From the NCBI GenBank assembly GCA_965649765.1, contig OZ287748.1, positions 107,384,001 through 107,448,000 of the forward strand: a DNA stretch of 64,000 nt. The letters run 5' to 3'. A model generated the notes under the pieces. That model had not been told where the DNA came from. It did no database searches and worked only from the letters and a program-made list of their open reading frames with translations. The translations under genes were made by a program, and so were the position numbers. Positions 13,701-28,700 of this stretch are shown piece after piece (position 1 is the stretch's first letter; each line of letters starts with the position of its first letter). This DNA comes from Bispira polyomma (lineage: Eukaryota).

Positions 13701-16700
13701 TAAGGTCTGCAACTATAGCTATCAGAACAGGATAAGGTCTACAGTTATAGCTAACAGAACAGAATAAGGTCTACAGTTATAGCTAACAGAACAGAATAAG
13801 GTCTACAGTTATAGCTAACAGAACAGGATAAGGTCTACAGTTATAGCTAACAGAGCAGGATAATGTCTACAACTATAGCTAACAGAACAGGATAAGGTCT
13901 ACAACTATAGCAAACAGAACAGGATAAGGTCTGCAACTATAGCTATCAGAACAGGATAAGGTCTACAGTTATAGCTAACAGAAGAGGATAAGGTCTACAG
14001 TTATAGCTAACAAAACAGGATAATGTCTACAACTATAGCTAACAGAACAGGATAAGGTCTACAGTTATAGCTAACAAAACAGGATAAGATCTACAACTAT
14101 AGCTAACAGAACAGGATAAGGTCTACAACTATAGCTAACAGAACAAGATAAGGTCTACAACTATAGCTAACAGAACAGGATAAGGTCTACAGTTATAGCT
14201 AAGAGAACAGGATAATGTCTACAACTATAGCTAATAGAACAGGATAAGGTCTACAGTTATAGCTAACAGAACTGTATAAGGTCTACAGTTATAGCTAACA
14301 GAACAGGATAAGGTCTGCAACTATAGCTAACAGAACAGGATAAGGTCGGCAGCTATAGCTAACAGAACAGGATAAGGTCTACAGTTATAGCTAACAGAAC
14401 AGGATAAGGTCTACAGTTATAGCTAACAGAACAGGATAATGTCTACAACTATAGCTAACAGAACAGGATAAGGTCTACAGTTATAGCTAACAGAACAGGA
14501 TAAGGTCTACAACTATAGCTAACAGAACTGTATAAGATCTACAGTTATAGCTAACAGAACAGGATAAGGTCTGCAACTATAGTTAACGGAAACAGAAATA
14601 CCTGGACAAATTAATATCCAGAAGTCAGTGTGGCTGTCTTAGTGAAAGATACATTAGTGAAAATACTCATTTGGTGTACAATATAATGCCTATTGACTTT
14701 GAGAAGGCTTTTAATTAAGTTTCATGGAACGTCCTATGTTCAAGTTTAGAATTTGTTTGGGTTTTACTACAACTTACTAAAATGGTTTCCAAACTTCAAT
14801 AAACTTATCAAAGCTTCTGTTGCAGTGTGTTGTGTATAATGTCTTGCTCTATATACATTGATTTGGATTTAAAGGTTTGTTTGGGTTTAACACATTGTAC
14901 AGGTTATGTTACGATGGGCAGTTTTAGTGCAGGTTAAGATTCTACACTGTAAACCAGTGACCATCAGCAAGTTACTGCCAACTTCCCACTTAAAGCCCCT
15001 GTCAAGATTCGAATCAGGACCTCGGAGGTGGGATCTATAAACATTAAAAAGGTATGTCAACAAAGTGATCCCATTACACCTTATATGTTTATGCTTGGTT
15101 CACAAATACTTCTTCTACTCTTGGTTAAATAGGTAAGAGGAGACATTCAAAAGACACAAATCTAGAGTAAAGTAAATCCCTAGTCCAAATTTAACATTCC
15201 TGAAGCAGGTAAACTATTTCATGTACAGATTTATTTTGAAATAGTTTCATAAAAACACTCAAAATAACATGGATTCGTAGATTGTACCAAATTCAATAGC
15301 GCCTTGGTCACATTTGACAACCCTCAGTTTTAGGTCTTTGGAAAAAAGCTGCCACAAAAGCTATTAATAAATGTTGGCATGATGCCATCATAGCTTGGAG
15401 TGACATGTTAAAAAACATATCATAAGCTGTTTGGTATAATTTAATCATTTTAAAACTACCATTTTTAAGCCCCAACTACACAAAAATATTTAATATGTCC
15501 TCTGCAACGCAATAGTTATAATGGTGACATTCTACCCAAAGAAGATGTACAACCACAATTTTAATTTTATACCCATTTCTAAAACATTATTACAGACTTG
15601 ACTTGGGTCTCCAAGACTATTGTAAATATCTTGATTTTGCTCAGAGCTTTCTGAAAATAGCAATATTTTTATTCCTTTAAAGGGTACCAAAAAAATCCTC
15701 CGAAAATGGCTACCTCACTTTAAATAAAGTCAATCCAAACTTTGCAAAGAAACAATAAACTGCATTTATTAAAAGTAGCTGTTTGTGAAGCTACAACTTG
15801 TTCAATAAGGTTTGAATTGCAAGAAGACAGTAATTTTAACGATGTAAATAAAATAATTTCCTTCAAGGAAAGATTGACGGTCATAAGTTATTTTGATGAG
15901 TATGTACTAGGTAGGGTTGACATTCAGGTGGGACATACTGGCTGAGTTTAAGAATTCCCTCCTCCATGGAAACCAGGAAGACTCTATTGGAGGCTGTGGC
16001 ACTCTCTTATTTTAAAAGATTTTTGCTAAACACAAAAATCTAGCACAATATTACAAAAAAGAGCAGAATAGTTTAGGACGATCTTCACAGAAACCAAAGC
16101 TGTGTGTACTTGTTATGCAACTGTGTAGCAATTGTAGCAATTTTCTCCCAAACCTGTACCAGTATCAACACGTCGTCAACATTTTGCAGTGTCAGATGCT
16201 TTTGTAGTTTCGTCATTTGACATGCCATGTTGGCCGGGTACATTCGTCCTTATGGAAGCATGCTTATCAGGTATTTCGCTGAGTACTGATTTATATTGAC
16301 ACTTCTTTATGTTTTGGTATCTAGTATCAAGTGCATGTTAAGTACATCTAATAATTTACACAGATGATTGGTTATAATTAGTTATCCATTTCTACCCCTA
16401 GGAAGTCAGCTAACACCCGAAGGCATTAGTTTTATTAGTTATTCATTTCTACCCCTAGGAAGTCGGCTAACACCCGAAGGCATTAGTTATAATTAGTTTA
16501 TAAAGTCGGCTAACACCCGAAGGCATTAGTTACCCTCGACTAGTATATTCTTTTGTTTCCTTTAGTTCTTTACACAAGGAAGTTATTTGTACAGCAGAAT
16601 CCCCCATTCTGTTATCTCACGTGAGGTTATTGACTTTTTATTAGACAGATTTAAATTGATAGACGTTGCAGTCTGATATCCATATAGTACTTGGTGTAAG

Positions 16701-19700
16701 TATTTTCAGATGCAAAAAAAGCATCTTTTATACATAGTGCAAGCCTGATCGTGTTCTTTGCTATATATCTATATATTAGTACACATAGACAATGTATAAG
16801 TACATGGTAACATATCACAGTGTTATGTATGAGTACAATGTAAATAGTGGAGACAATTAGTTCACAGAAATAAAACACATGCAATATTACACGTAAAAAT
16901 AAAACATCAAGCAATCAAGAGGACTTTGGTTCAAATAATACTGATAAATCAAATTTCCAGTTCCAACTAAAAACACCAAGCCAGAAGATGGATAGTGACA
17001 AAAGGTCAGACAAGGTCGGAGACATTGTCGTATTTGATGTAACTGAGTTCCCGCTGATGTGCTCGCTCTAAGGCATGCTTGTACGCCATCTGTCTGTACA
17101 CACAAACAGAACATTACAAACTGGGCATGTGTGAGGACATCACTCAGTAGGTGTGTTTCAACCAGAGAGGCTAATACAGCATATGAGCCCAAACACAATA
17201 TATATATACATCAATTTGGTATGTATTACACTTCAATAGTAGATCAAATAAGCTGATGGTATTTGCCATATCCTACTTATGCATCACAAAAGTCCTGGAA
17301 TTGATGTTAGACACAGATAAAATAATTATGCATCTATCCTCAAAATAACACTTTGACAGAATTAGGATTTGACATGCACCCCTTCTTCTTTATACATGCT
17401 ATGCAACCCGTGTGCAAGATATAGACATTCATGCACTGTGCACTCACCTTAATATATTGCAGTAATACGATGAAATATATATCTCTTTTAAATATTCTAT
17501 ATTAAAGGTCTTATTGTCAGAGGCAACGCAATCTTTTACAAGACCCTTTGTCTACAATTTTACTAATCATAATATGTCGCTGGAAAGAAAAAATTGCAAT
17601 GTGTGTGTAAATATTTAGATATATATATAGATTTATAGTCTGATATCACACCTAGTGGGATCTCATTTGACTTTACAATGTACCCCAGCCTGGGTTCTTC
17701 CACTTCTCAACCAATTGTTCACTCTAAAACTCTCTCAGGGAGCATACTGGTCATGCAAATACGACGCAAACACTAACACCCATTAGCGGCCAGGTACAGG
17801 TGTCTAAATATTGGACAGAAAAAATCATTGTATTAACATTACATTAGAGATAAAACTAAAATGACCTGAATTTAAACCGAGTTAGGGTGAAATAGTAAAC
17901 CAGTGTAAAGTATTTACCTTCTGAGGCAGTAGAGCAAACAGCAGAGTAGCAGGCAGAGCAGAAGTAACAATGCCAGGATAGCAACAATCAGAAGGATGAT
18001 CCCTGGAATATACATGATATAGGAACAGTGATAAGGATGATCTTTGGAATATACAGGATATGGAAACAGTAATAAGGATGATTCCTGGCATATATAGGGT
18101 ATAGGAACAGTGATAAGGATGATCCTGGAATATATAGGATATGGGAACAGTAATGAGGATGATCCTTGGAATATACAGGATATAGAGACAGTGATAAAGA
18201 TGATCCTGGAATATATAGGGTATGGGAACAGTAATAAGGATGATCCTGGCATATATAATGTATAGGAACAGTGATAAAGATGATCCTGGAATATATAGGA
18301 TATGGGTTTGAATTTGGATATTTAACGTCCACTCTAGTACCTTTTAGTAGGTTATATTGGGACGGGTAGTTGGAAACGCTGGAGGAAACACTGCATACAG
18401 TCAGTCAAGGTTCTGCAGAGAAACCAGCGGCCCACAGTAAGGAACTACCACCTTTCCCACATAGGCATTGACGGGATTCGAACTCACGCCACCCAGAGGT
18501 GAGAGACCAGTGATTGTGAAGCGCAATGCTTGCTAACCACTAGGCCACCGCGGCCCCCATATAGGATATGGGAACAGTAATATGGATGATCCTTGGAATA
18601 TACAGGATATAGAAACAGTAATAAGGATAATTCCTGGCATATATAGGGTATAGGAACAGTGATAAGGATGATCCTGGAATATATAGAGTATAGGAACAGT
18701 GATAAGGATGATCCTAGAATATATAGGATATGGGAACAGTGATAATGATGATTCCTTGAATATATAGGGTATAGGAAAAGTGATAAGGATGATCCTGGAA
18801 TATACAGGATAAGGAAACAGTGATAAGGATGATTCCTGGAATAGATAGGATATAGGAACAGTGATAACAATAATCCTGGAATATATAGGATATAGGAATA
18901 ATAATAAGGATGATTCCTGAAACATACAGGATATAGACTAAATAAAGTGAGTTCTTTCTGACAAATACAGGACATAAAACTAGTGATAAGATGGATAACC
19001 CAGTAATATTTAGTTTGTATACTGTCTACAAACAGATGTTCACCCAAAGTCAACATTACCACAAGTGGCAGTTTTGGTGGTTTTTTCAGTTTTTATTATA
19101 ATATTACAATTATAAACATGCATTTACATCACAACATTTCCTTTCTAACATAAAAATTCCAAAACAACACAAAATAAAATATATATATATTTAAAAATAG
19201 GTTACAGACCTGTAGATATTTGAATACTTTTGTACACACCCACATATAATACACATAAAATATATGCTCTTGATTATATCAATTACAATAACAAATTAAG
19301 AAAACATTACTTACATAGAGGGAATCCTTCAGCGGCAACAACTGGACCACCAATTCCACCAGCAAGTACTGTAAGCATAAAGTCACACATGATATCCTAA
19401 TTGTGGTCTGAATAAAACATAAACAAGTGCGGTTATAGACCCCAAAAAAGCGGGTTGCGCAATTGGTATCAGGGATAGAGTCCAGCAACAAATTTCAAGT
19501 TTATTATTTTGTAGCGGCCATTTTGTTTTTTGGAATGGGCCCAAATACAATTCCAACCAAGCTATTGACATGATACACCTCAACAACAAATTTTGGTGAT
19601 GATAGCAATACTTTTTCTTTAAATGTCTGCAAACCATTTTCAAGAAGGCATTTTTCATAATAGGCCCAAATACAATCCCAACCAAGCTATTGACATCATA

Positions 19701-22700
19701 CTTCTCCACAACAAATTTGGTAATGATAGCTGCAATACTTTTTCCATTAAATGTCCGGAAACCGTTTTCAAAAAGGCGGCCGTGGCAGCCATTTTGTTTT
19801 TCGGAATAGGCCTAAATATAATCTGAACCAAGCTTTTGAAATGATACACCTTCACAACAAATTTGATAATGATAGCTGCAATACTTTTTCTTTAAATGTC
19901 CGGAAAACGTTTTCAAGAAAGCGGCCGTGGCTGCCATCTTGTTTTTCGGAATGGGCCTAAATATAATCCCAACCAAGCGTTTGACATGATATACCTCCAC
20001 AACAAATTTGGTAATGATAGCTGCAATACTTTTCCTTTAAATGTCCGGAAACAGTTTTCAAGAAGGCGGCCGTGGCGACCATCTTATTTTTCGGAATAGG
20101 CCCATATACAATTCCAACAAAGCGATTGATATGATGCACCTTCACAACAAATTTGGTGATGATACCTCAAATAGTTTTCCTTTAAATGTCCGGAAACCTA
20201 AATGTTGATGGATGGATAGACGTTGGACATATTAATCTCAGGCGCATTGGTTACAACGCAACCCGCCCAAAAACTGAATGGTCTGTTAAAAGACACCCAT
20301 TCAATGAATGAAGTAATGGTAGTTATATAAAGAGATGTCAGTGTATTGCAGCATTATTAAACAAGGAAAATGTATGTGACTTAAGAATGGGTTTTAACAA
20401 TTACCACAGGTAGAGTTGACTGCAGTGAAATCTTCATTACAAACACAGTAACCATCGACACAGGAAGAATCCTCAGAAACACATCTGTCTGAACCACTGC
20501 AAGCACCGTCTAGTGGTACAAGTTGATCTACAGTCAGACAAATACAATGTCTCACATTAATGAAACTTATATATTATACTACTGAACAAGGATTGTTGCC
20601 CCTTAGAATCCGCTAGTATGGAGTGTAAGCGCCAATACAGAATTATGACAGAGTACAAGTGTATAAAGTGACACATGTCCCACAGATTATCAAAGAGAAC
20701 ACAGTTATACACATTAAAGCTTCAGTACCTATAGATGCCCTTGAAGAGAGTGACAAGCAGAAGGAGATTATATATATTATGTTATATTTCTACGTTCTAC
20801 ATATCAAAACAAACGCCAGTTTACCATTGATAAAGTTTTGAATAAACATTACTTTAAGTATACCATAAATTAAGTTACTTTACAGGTAAGGTTACCTAAA
20901 AACACTAGGGTCACCTTAACTTGAGTTTAATTTAACCAGATATGACCAGTTTTTAAAATTATGCCCCTGAAGGTGTCCCTAACCGTTATTTTTCAAGTTT
21001 GCTACAATGATAGTGGTTGTTAGAGGGTTCAGAGGAGCCTAATGAAAGGCTAGTAGGTAACCAGATTGTTTGGGTAAAGCTGTCAACACCTTGGAAGATT
21101 AATAGATAATAACATGTGTTTGGGGTCAAAGGGTCCTGAGACCTAGTTACAAAATATGTAGGGAAAGCTTCCAGTTCTAAAGAAGTAGTCATTGTTAACA
21201 GTACTACAATATATAATAGAAAATGAAATAAAATAATAAGAACTCTCTTGTGTTATATTAATTAATTCAAAACAACAAACATGAACCTGGTGTCCGAAAA
21301 GGCAACTATATCTAAGACCATGCTTTGGAGTATTAACTATGTTATACTATGACATTACGATATTGGTTCAGATATGTATGTAACCATATAAATCTATGTA
21401 TTGTATATTTTTAACACGCCTTATTGATGCTAGGTATCTCCTAAGGCGCAACATCAGAATCAATCAGCCAATAGAAAAATCGATAAACCATAGCCAGGTT
21501 GTAAGGATGGATGCGTCAGCACCCAGGAAGAAGACTGAGAACGATAGGCGAGGCTAAAGAGATTGGTTTTGAGTTTTTCCTAAATCCCAGGGCGGCGACT
21601 GAGAAGGCTCTAGATCCGACTCTCTTGGTGGGTTTTTTAGAGGAAACAGAGACTCTCTTTTCCCCTTTAAGGTTGCTGAGGGAGTTTTGTAGCAAGGTAG
21701 TGAGGCTGTTGAAAGACAACAGCTTTAAAGGTAGTTACATGCATTTTAAACAGGATTCGATAGTGAATTGAAGGCCAATGGAGTTGCTTGAAGTATGGAG
21801 TTACATCAGTACGGATACCCAAATGAAAGATGACTCTACACAGATAATTTTAAATAGACTGCAAGTTGTTTATATGGGACCTATTACCTCCAAATAGAAG
21901 ATAATTACAATAGTCAAGGCAACTACCCACAAGACCGTTGGCCACAGTGATAGCAGTATCTAGTGACAGAAAATTTCTCATTCTTTTGAGGTCCCGAATG
22001 TGACAGTAGCAGGAGCGACGGATCCTGTTAATGTGAGTATAGTGACACTTAGGTTTTGACCTGTTCTGGAGGCGTAATCTCATTGCCCAATAGTGTGATT
22101 GGGAAAAAGTGATCTTATACACTGTGTTTCTTGTTGCCAATGAGGATGAATTCCGTTTTATCTGGGTTTTAATTTCAGTTTGGAGTAGTTCATTCACTCC
22201 TGAACTGAGGAGAGACAGTTGGCAAGTAAGTTAAGGTTGTTTCCGGCATTATGAGGGTTAAGTGAGAGATTTGAGTGTCATATGGAGTTACTTTAAAGCT
22301 TAAGTTAAACCAGTGGTAGTAACCTAGTTATTTATTTAATAGGATATTAATGGCTTGAAAAATTAATTATAACAGTAACAAAAGAAAATAATTATGTGCA
22401 AATCTATTATCCTATTAAAAGCACAACATCACTACTGTTACTCCCATGTAGTGCTAACTTTCCACAGGGGGGTACAATAAAGCATCCATTAGACTTACGA
22501 CAGTAGCCCTGGTCATATAGAAAGCCATCCTCACAGTCACAATAGCCCATAATACACATTCCATACAAGTAGTTACACTCAAAGTTATTGGTACATGGTT
22601 CTCTACCAATAATATCAGGACCTCCCAACTGTACTGTATAAAGCACAAATATAGAAAGCCTATTAGTGAAATGATGATGTACAGATTCCTGCATGCATAT

Positions 22701-25700
22701 GGGTAAAATATTATGACTGTCATACAGAGATCAAATATTACTCCAACAAGGTAAGCAGCTATTACATGTGACTTTGCAAATAATGTAATTATACGTTATT
22801 TTATTTTAACCATACAAGTTGTGTAATTGGACTGATTACCGAAATCTACATTATGTGTCATTTATGTAACGCTTAGCACTGGTTCTTTCACTGGTTTACC
22901 ATGCTATAATTAAACTAACTTACCACATATCCTGTCCACTTGTTTGAAACCAAGTTTACAAAAACACGTTCCGTTATGACATTCTGAGTTCAGTGTTATA
23001 CAGCCACCATCGCGCAGACATGGTGTACTAACTGTACCACGTAATACTGAAATATGGCACATAATTGTCAACCCTTTACTATATATATACAATGTAATAC
23101 TGATATCAGACACTGTTACTGTACCACATAGAAATATAGCATTGTTAAAGGTCTCTTCAATGTATCATTATAATTTTTGCTAACTTGCTATATTTGTACT
23201 GGAAACCCTGTGAGAACCCATGTAATTACAGAGTTGCTTTATTAACTTTTAATACTTTTGCTATTGCCTTAAATTCAAGATAATGGAGACAGCTAGCTGT
23301 TAACCTGTTGTACCCAATTATTACCATGTCACACAGACATCCGTCAAGTAGACTTTGCAAACAATTGCTTTTCTGTAAAAACAAAGTCTCTTAAACACTA
23401 CGTGCTATGCATTATGTATTTTATTTCAACCTGTCACACATTCATAAGGCAGACTTACCACACTGGTTTCCTGTGACAGTAAAGTCTCCATTACATTGGC
23501 AAATGCCTGGAGAGCCGCGGCACTGGGCATTGACATCAGCACATATATCACCATAGAAACAACGATCTCCAAGGGAAACTTTGGGAACTGTGTTTAATGA
23601 CAATAACAGCATACATGAATCAAATGTATCAACAGTTTACATCTTTTTCATAAACAGCCAGTTAATGCTATATATTTAATTGAACCATGTCACAACATTG
23701 GAAAAAGAGTATTAAACACTTACTTTATTAACTTTGTACACTTACCACATTCAGCTCCTCTAAGAAAATAGCCTGCCAGACACACACAGATTTCGTTATC
23801 ACAACTTGCCCAGGGATCCTCACAGATGGAAGCACTCGAACATGTACCACCCACCCCAATTTTCTCCACTGTATGAAATATGCAAAACGTAAGCATGTAT
23901 TATGTTTATAAGATATTTTGCTTTAATTTCGCACCAAAATTGATTCTGTAGCTAATTCAGCTAATTTTTAAAGGATTAATACTACATAGTTCTGCCCTTC
24001 AAATGTGGCAAAGAACTTGTTACTGAAAGATAAACAAAGTGTGTTAGATTTTTACAAAAGACCCAACAATGAATGCACTGCTCCCAAATGGAGTTATTTA
24101 TATAGTTTTGCTGGGGCTCCCGTGGCCTTGTAGTTACCATAAAGTGTTGGTTTTATAATAACTGGCTTCTTAGCTATGTGAATGTGGGTTCAACTCCATC
24201 AAGTGGGGCAGTTTGTCAGGTATTTGGTGTAGGTCAGTGGGTCAAAGTGCTTCAGCACTGGTTTCTTCCATCACTAATAAATCTGGCCATTGGGATATGA
24301 ACTATTGAAAGCTTTGTAGAACCCAACTTAATTCAAGTTCATGTTCTTTTTTTTTGGTATCAGGACAGATACAACCATTTTTTGCGATCATAAATCATAT
24401 TTGGTTAAGCCTTAGTTGTTGACTTCGGCCCATTTTATCAAGTATGGTTTTGAGATACTGACTACTTTTTAACCTAGCACCTTTGAAATTTGTTATAATA
24501 TAAAATAACCACTAAAAAGTTCAATAATAATAACAATAAAAAAGATTATGTTGTTTACTAACCACACATATAGTCTAGTGGGAAGTGGCTGACGTCACAC
24601 ACACACACTCCTCCAACACATTGGGCATGGCTGTCTGCACAGATATCACTTAACTCACACGACTCTCCCAGACCAACTTTTAACACTGCAACAACAGACA
24701 AAAACACTTTTATATATCAAACCATAATGACCTGCTTACAATCACCTCCCATATCAACACATGAGTGGTTACACAAGATTTCCAAAATAAATTTAATTTA
24801 TTTTTACTTTAAATATGGTGGTAAAGTATATCTTGAGGAACCTCTCTAATTAAGTCATCGATGTAATTATCCTGAGATTAAGCATTTTCATTATGCATAA
24901 ATAACACATCATGCAGCATCAACAAATGGCAGAACACGTCCATCATGAGCGCGTTCTGCCAGGAATTATATCATCGATGTAATAATCCAAAGATTGAAGG
25001 TTTACATTATGCGTAAATATGCTTAAGTGGAAGAATATATCCATAGCTAGAGACTTAATGTTCTGCCAGGAAATAAATCAGCTAATATATAGTTCCTATA
25101 CATGTAAAATCTTGGAATAAAAACAGGTGACCACTGTAATTTAATCAGTGTGTAAATGGCTGTATATCTGGCATTAACTGCAGCACTAGATGTTTTCTTC
25201 AGGTTTCATATAGAGTTGTACACCTACCACATGTGAGATCCTCCTCATAGTATTGTTGTCTACACACACACAGACCACCAGGTCCACACACTAAACTCTC
25301 TAATACACATGAACCATCAGCTAAACATACTCCATAGAGTTGGCCAGGGGACACATCGGGTGGTGAGGAGCGAGGCTCTGCAATTACGAATGATGTATTC
25401 AATTGTATGAATGTAGAAAACTTTGTGATAGCTAGGGTTAAGAAATTTATACAAAATGTAAGACGTTTAATTTTACGATTAACCACATGTGAGGCGACAC
25501 TATGGCGACACTTATCACACAAATATTCTGTTACACCTCACACACTTCCCTGTTACCATGGACACTCCACTATTACTATAGTGACAAGATGCACTGCACT
25601 TTGGTAAGACTTACCACACACACTTCCCTGTTGCTGATAACCCTGTTTACAACGACATTGTCCATTCTGACAGTGGGTGTAGAGTGAGCTACAGTACGAC

Positions 25701-28700
25701 TCTGTATCACAAGGGTCACCCAGGGTCACTTCACCTACTGAAAGTACAGACATACTCAGGTTCAATCTAGTATCTTCCAAATGAGAGTTTTAATGATGTG
25801 AATAGAGAGGAAGGTCTAACTTACAACAACGTCCAAATAGAGGCAGGTATCCCAGCAGACAAGTACAGTGCTGTTTCGTGGGATCACACCATGAGTAGTC
25901 ATCTCTACAGATGTCATCAATGTGGCAGGCTGCACCCAGAGAGAGCATACCCACTGAAAGAAATATTAAAAACAATATAAAGTGTCTCTGAAATACCAAC
26001 TGAAATAAAAAGAATTACATTATAAGGTCTCGATTACAGACTGAAATATATACATAAACATTAAAACGGTGTTCCATGATATACCCATTCAAAGAAATAC
26101 AAATATACAGCCACGCTAAAATATATATATTTAATAGACTATATCAGTGTCCCTTATATACATACTGGCATGTAGACAATATTGAGTACAACTGGGATAT
26201 CTTCTAAAATGTGAACAGGATCAGATGGTGATGTAACAGATATATCTCAAAAATACATGTAACATTCTAAATAAACACTGGTACTGAAAGCACTGAACAA
26301 TATTATACAACGTGCAGTCAAGACTATCATAGTCTCTGAAATGTACTACCAGAGTACAGAGTCACCTAGACTAAGGAGGTATATACCTTTGCACTATAAG
26401 ACAGGTTGCTGGATTGGATGTGGTATATAATTTCAGCTATATGATATCAGTTCCAGATTTTCGAAACTAAAGATTAACATAGAAGTTTATCTCTCAAACT
26501 ACTACTTACCACATATGCCATTCTTGTAAAAGAATCCTTCTTGACACAGACAGAATCCATTGTAACAGTGAGCATTGACTGTCTGACAGTGTGTACCAAA
26601 GAGACATGGGGCATTGTAGAGGCCAAAGCCAACTGGAAGAGACAATAAGGCAATATGAAAATACAGTGTACAGGCCAGAACTGGAATAAACAAGGAATCA
26701 AGTGACATTCAAGTATAGTGAAGCAGGCAAGTACGTGGAATAGACAAAGAATCAAGTGATATTCAAGTATAGTGAAGCGGGCAAGTAGGTGGAATAGACA
26801 AGGAATCAAGTGATATTCAAGTAGAATAAATGGGGAAACCAAGTGGAACAGACTTGGAAAACAAGTGACATTAAAATATAGTGTATAGGCCAAAACTGGA
26901 ATAGACAGGGAAACAAGTGACATTAGCGTAGAGTGAAGGGGGCAAGCAAGTGGAATAGACAAACAGTGATATTAACCTTAATTATAGAGATCAACCCCCA
27001 AATGGAATAGAAAAATAATACAAGTGATATGTACTGTTTAGAACATATTTTGGTGGGGACTATAGGACTTTAGGAACAGCCACAGTTAGGATAGTGGCCT
27101 GGGGGTCACTTGGCCCCAAAGCCAAGGGTGTTTTTTTAATTGAGTTTTACAAATTTTACAAAAACGTTTTTCATTTTTAAATAGAGAAAAATATTTTCAT
27201 TTTTTTTTCAAATCTCTTTTCAATGGCGTTAATTATGGCTAGTTCTTACCTAAGTGATGATCTTTTTTAGGACACTACCTAAAATAACTGCCATTTAAAT
27301 TTTCTATAGTACCCTCTCCTGTTAAAATGATCTCAATTGGAATAGAACAGGTCATGCAACTTTTAAGCCAATACATTCTTGAGATTCAGAGGTATAACAT
27401 TAAACTATAGTGTTAGGAACACAAGTCATGTCTACATATTAGCTAGACAAACTTTTTGCACTGTTTTTGCACCAACCTGCAGTAAAATATGTAAAAAGGT
27501 TTTTCAGCTTTATTAAGTTTGAATTTAGTTGTGTTTTACATCGCCTTTAACAGCTCAGGCCAGTTCACGACAGGCAGATCAAATAATGAAAGAAACCAGC
27601 AAGTACCAGCAAGTACAAACTTTCCCACCTAATGGGGCTAACAGGATTCAAACACACATTGGTGAGAGGCCAGTAATTGTGAAGCTAACACTTATAGCAC
27701 TAGGTCAATGTTAAAAGTATAAAAAGTAGCTCTACTAAAGTATGTCCATACAGTGACACTAACTATAAAGCATTTTCACTGGAATGCCTTTTTACTACAC
27801 AAATATGTCAGATAAGGATGATGTACTCACCACACACGTCCTGCTGACCAAAGTATCCTGACTGACAGACACAGGCCCCGCCCCTACACACAGCATTGTT
27901 GTCCCGACAATGGTCCCCGTTAGTACAGGTATGGTCTAACTTCACCTTCATCACTGGTATACAGGTGTACAGAGAGGGAGCAGAGTGAGCAAAGTGAAAT
28001 ACAACAGGCGATATCATTACAAGAATAGCCTTTTAGAAATGCAGCTGGGTCAAAGTCGCTTTATGTAAGTCTATCTTTTGTGGGTCTATTCCGGTTCTGA
28101 GTGACATTCCGGGCTTTAATAGTAACCATTTCGCTTAGCGATTTGACCTACGTTCTAATAAGGTCAGCTATGACGAGTTACCAGACATGGGAGTCCCAGA
28201 AGTAAAAAAGGAATGTTAGCTTTTGCAACATATGAGGGAAATATAAAAATCATACATTACAGACAAATATAATATTAACCACAATAGAACAAGATATATG
28301 TTTTCATTCATATTATCAATAAATCTACACTACATGGTTCATCTTAGACCTGTCATACAAGATAGCGTCCCCCAGCTAACAATACACTCAAAGGTCAAAA
28401 AGAAGGAAGGACATGTAGGTATTGCAAGTGATTTTTTTTTAAATTGTGATATTGTGGAGAATTACAAATAAACTACACAGGTGTTTGGAATACTGGTCCG
28501 GCCATCAAACCATTCAACAGATATTGAATAGTGTAAAATCTGAATTTCTCCAAAGTGTTCTAGTTTAGGTTTTTGTAACATAATGTACATGGGTCTGCTG
28601 TTCCAACTAGTATTTAAAAAGCCTCCACTAGTGAACACTCACCGGACACAGACACAGAGTATTGACCATAAAGATGTGTTCAATGTTCAGAGGTACAGAA

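Noticed and set aside
13140-14585. CRISPR-like regular 32-bp repeats (also the 26-40-bp arrays elsewhere)
   Set aside because: Units are head-to-tail with no unique spacers, there are no cas genes, and the context is a eukaryotic intron.
18470-18558. tRNA gene (A and B boxes)
   Set aside because: It is the head of a SINE with body, tail and TSD, present three times.
17882-19062. Hydrophobic repeat ORFs upstream of the TM exon
   Set aside because: Translations of the 40-bp array; only 17918-18002 fits the splice chain.
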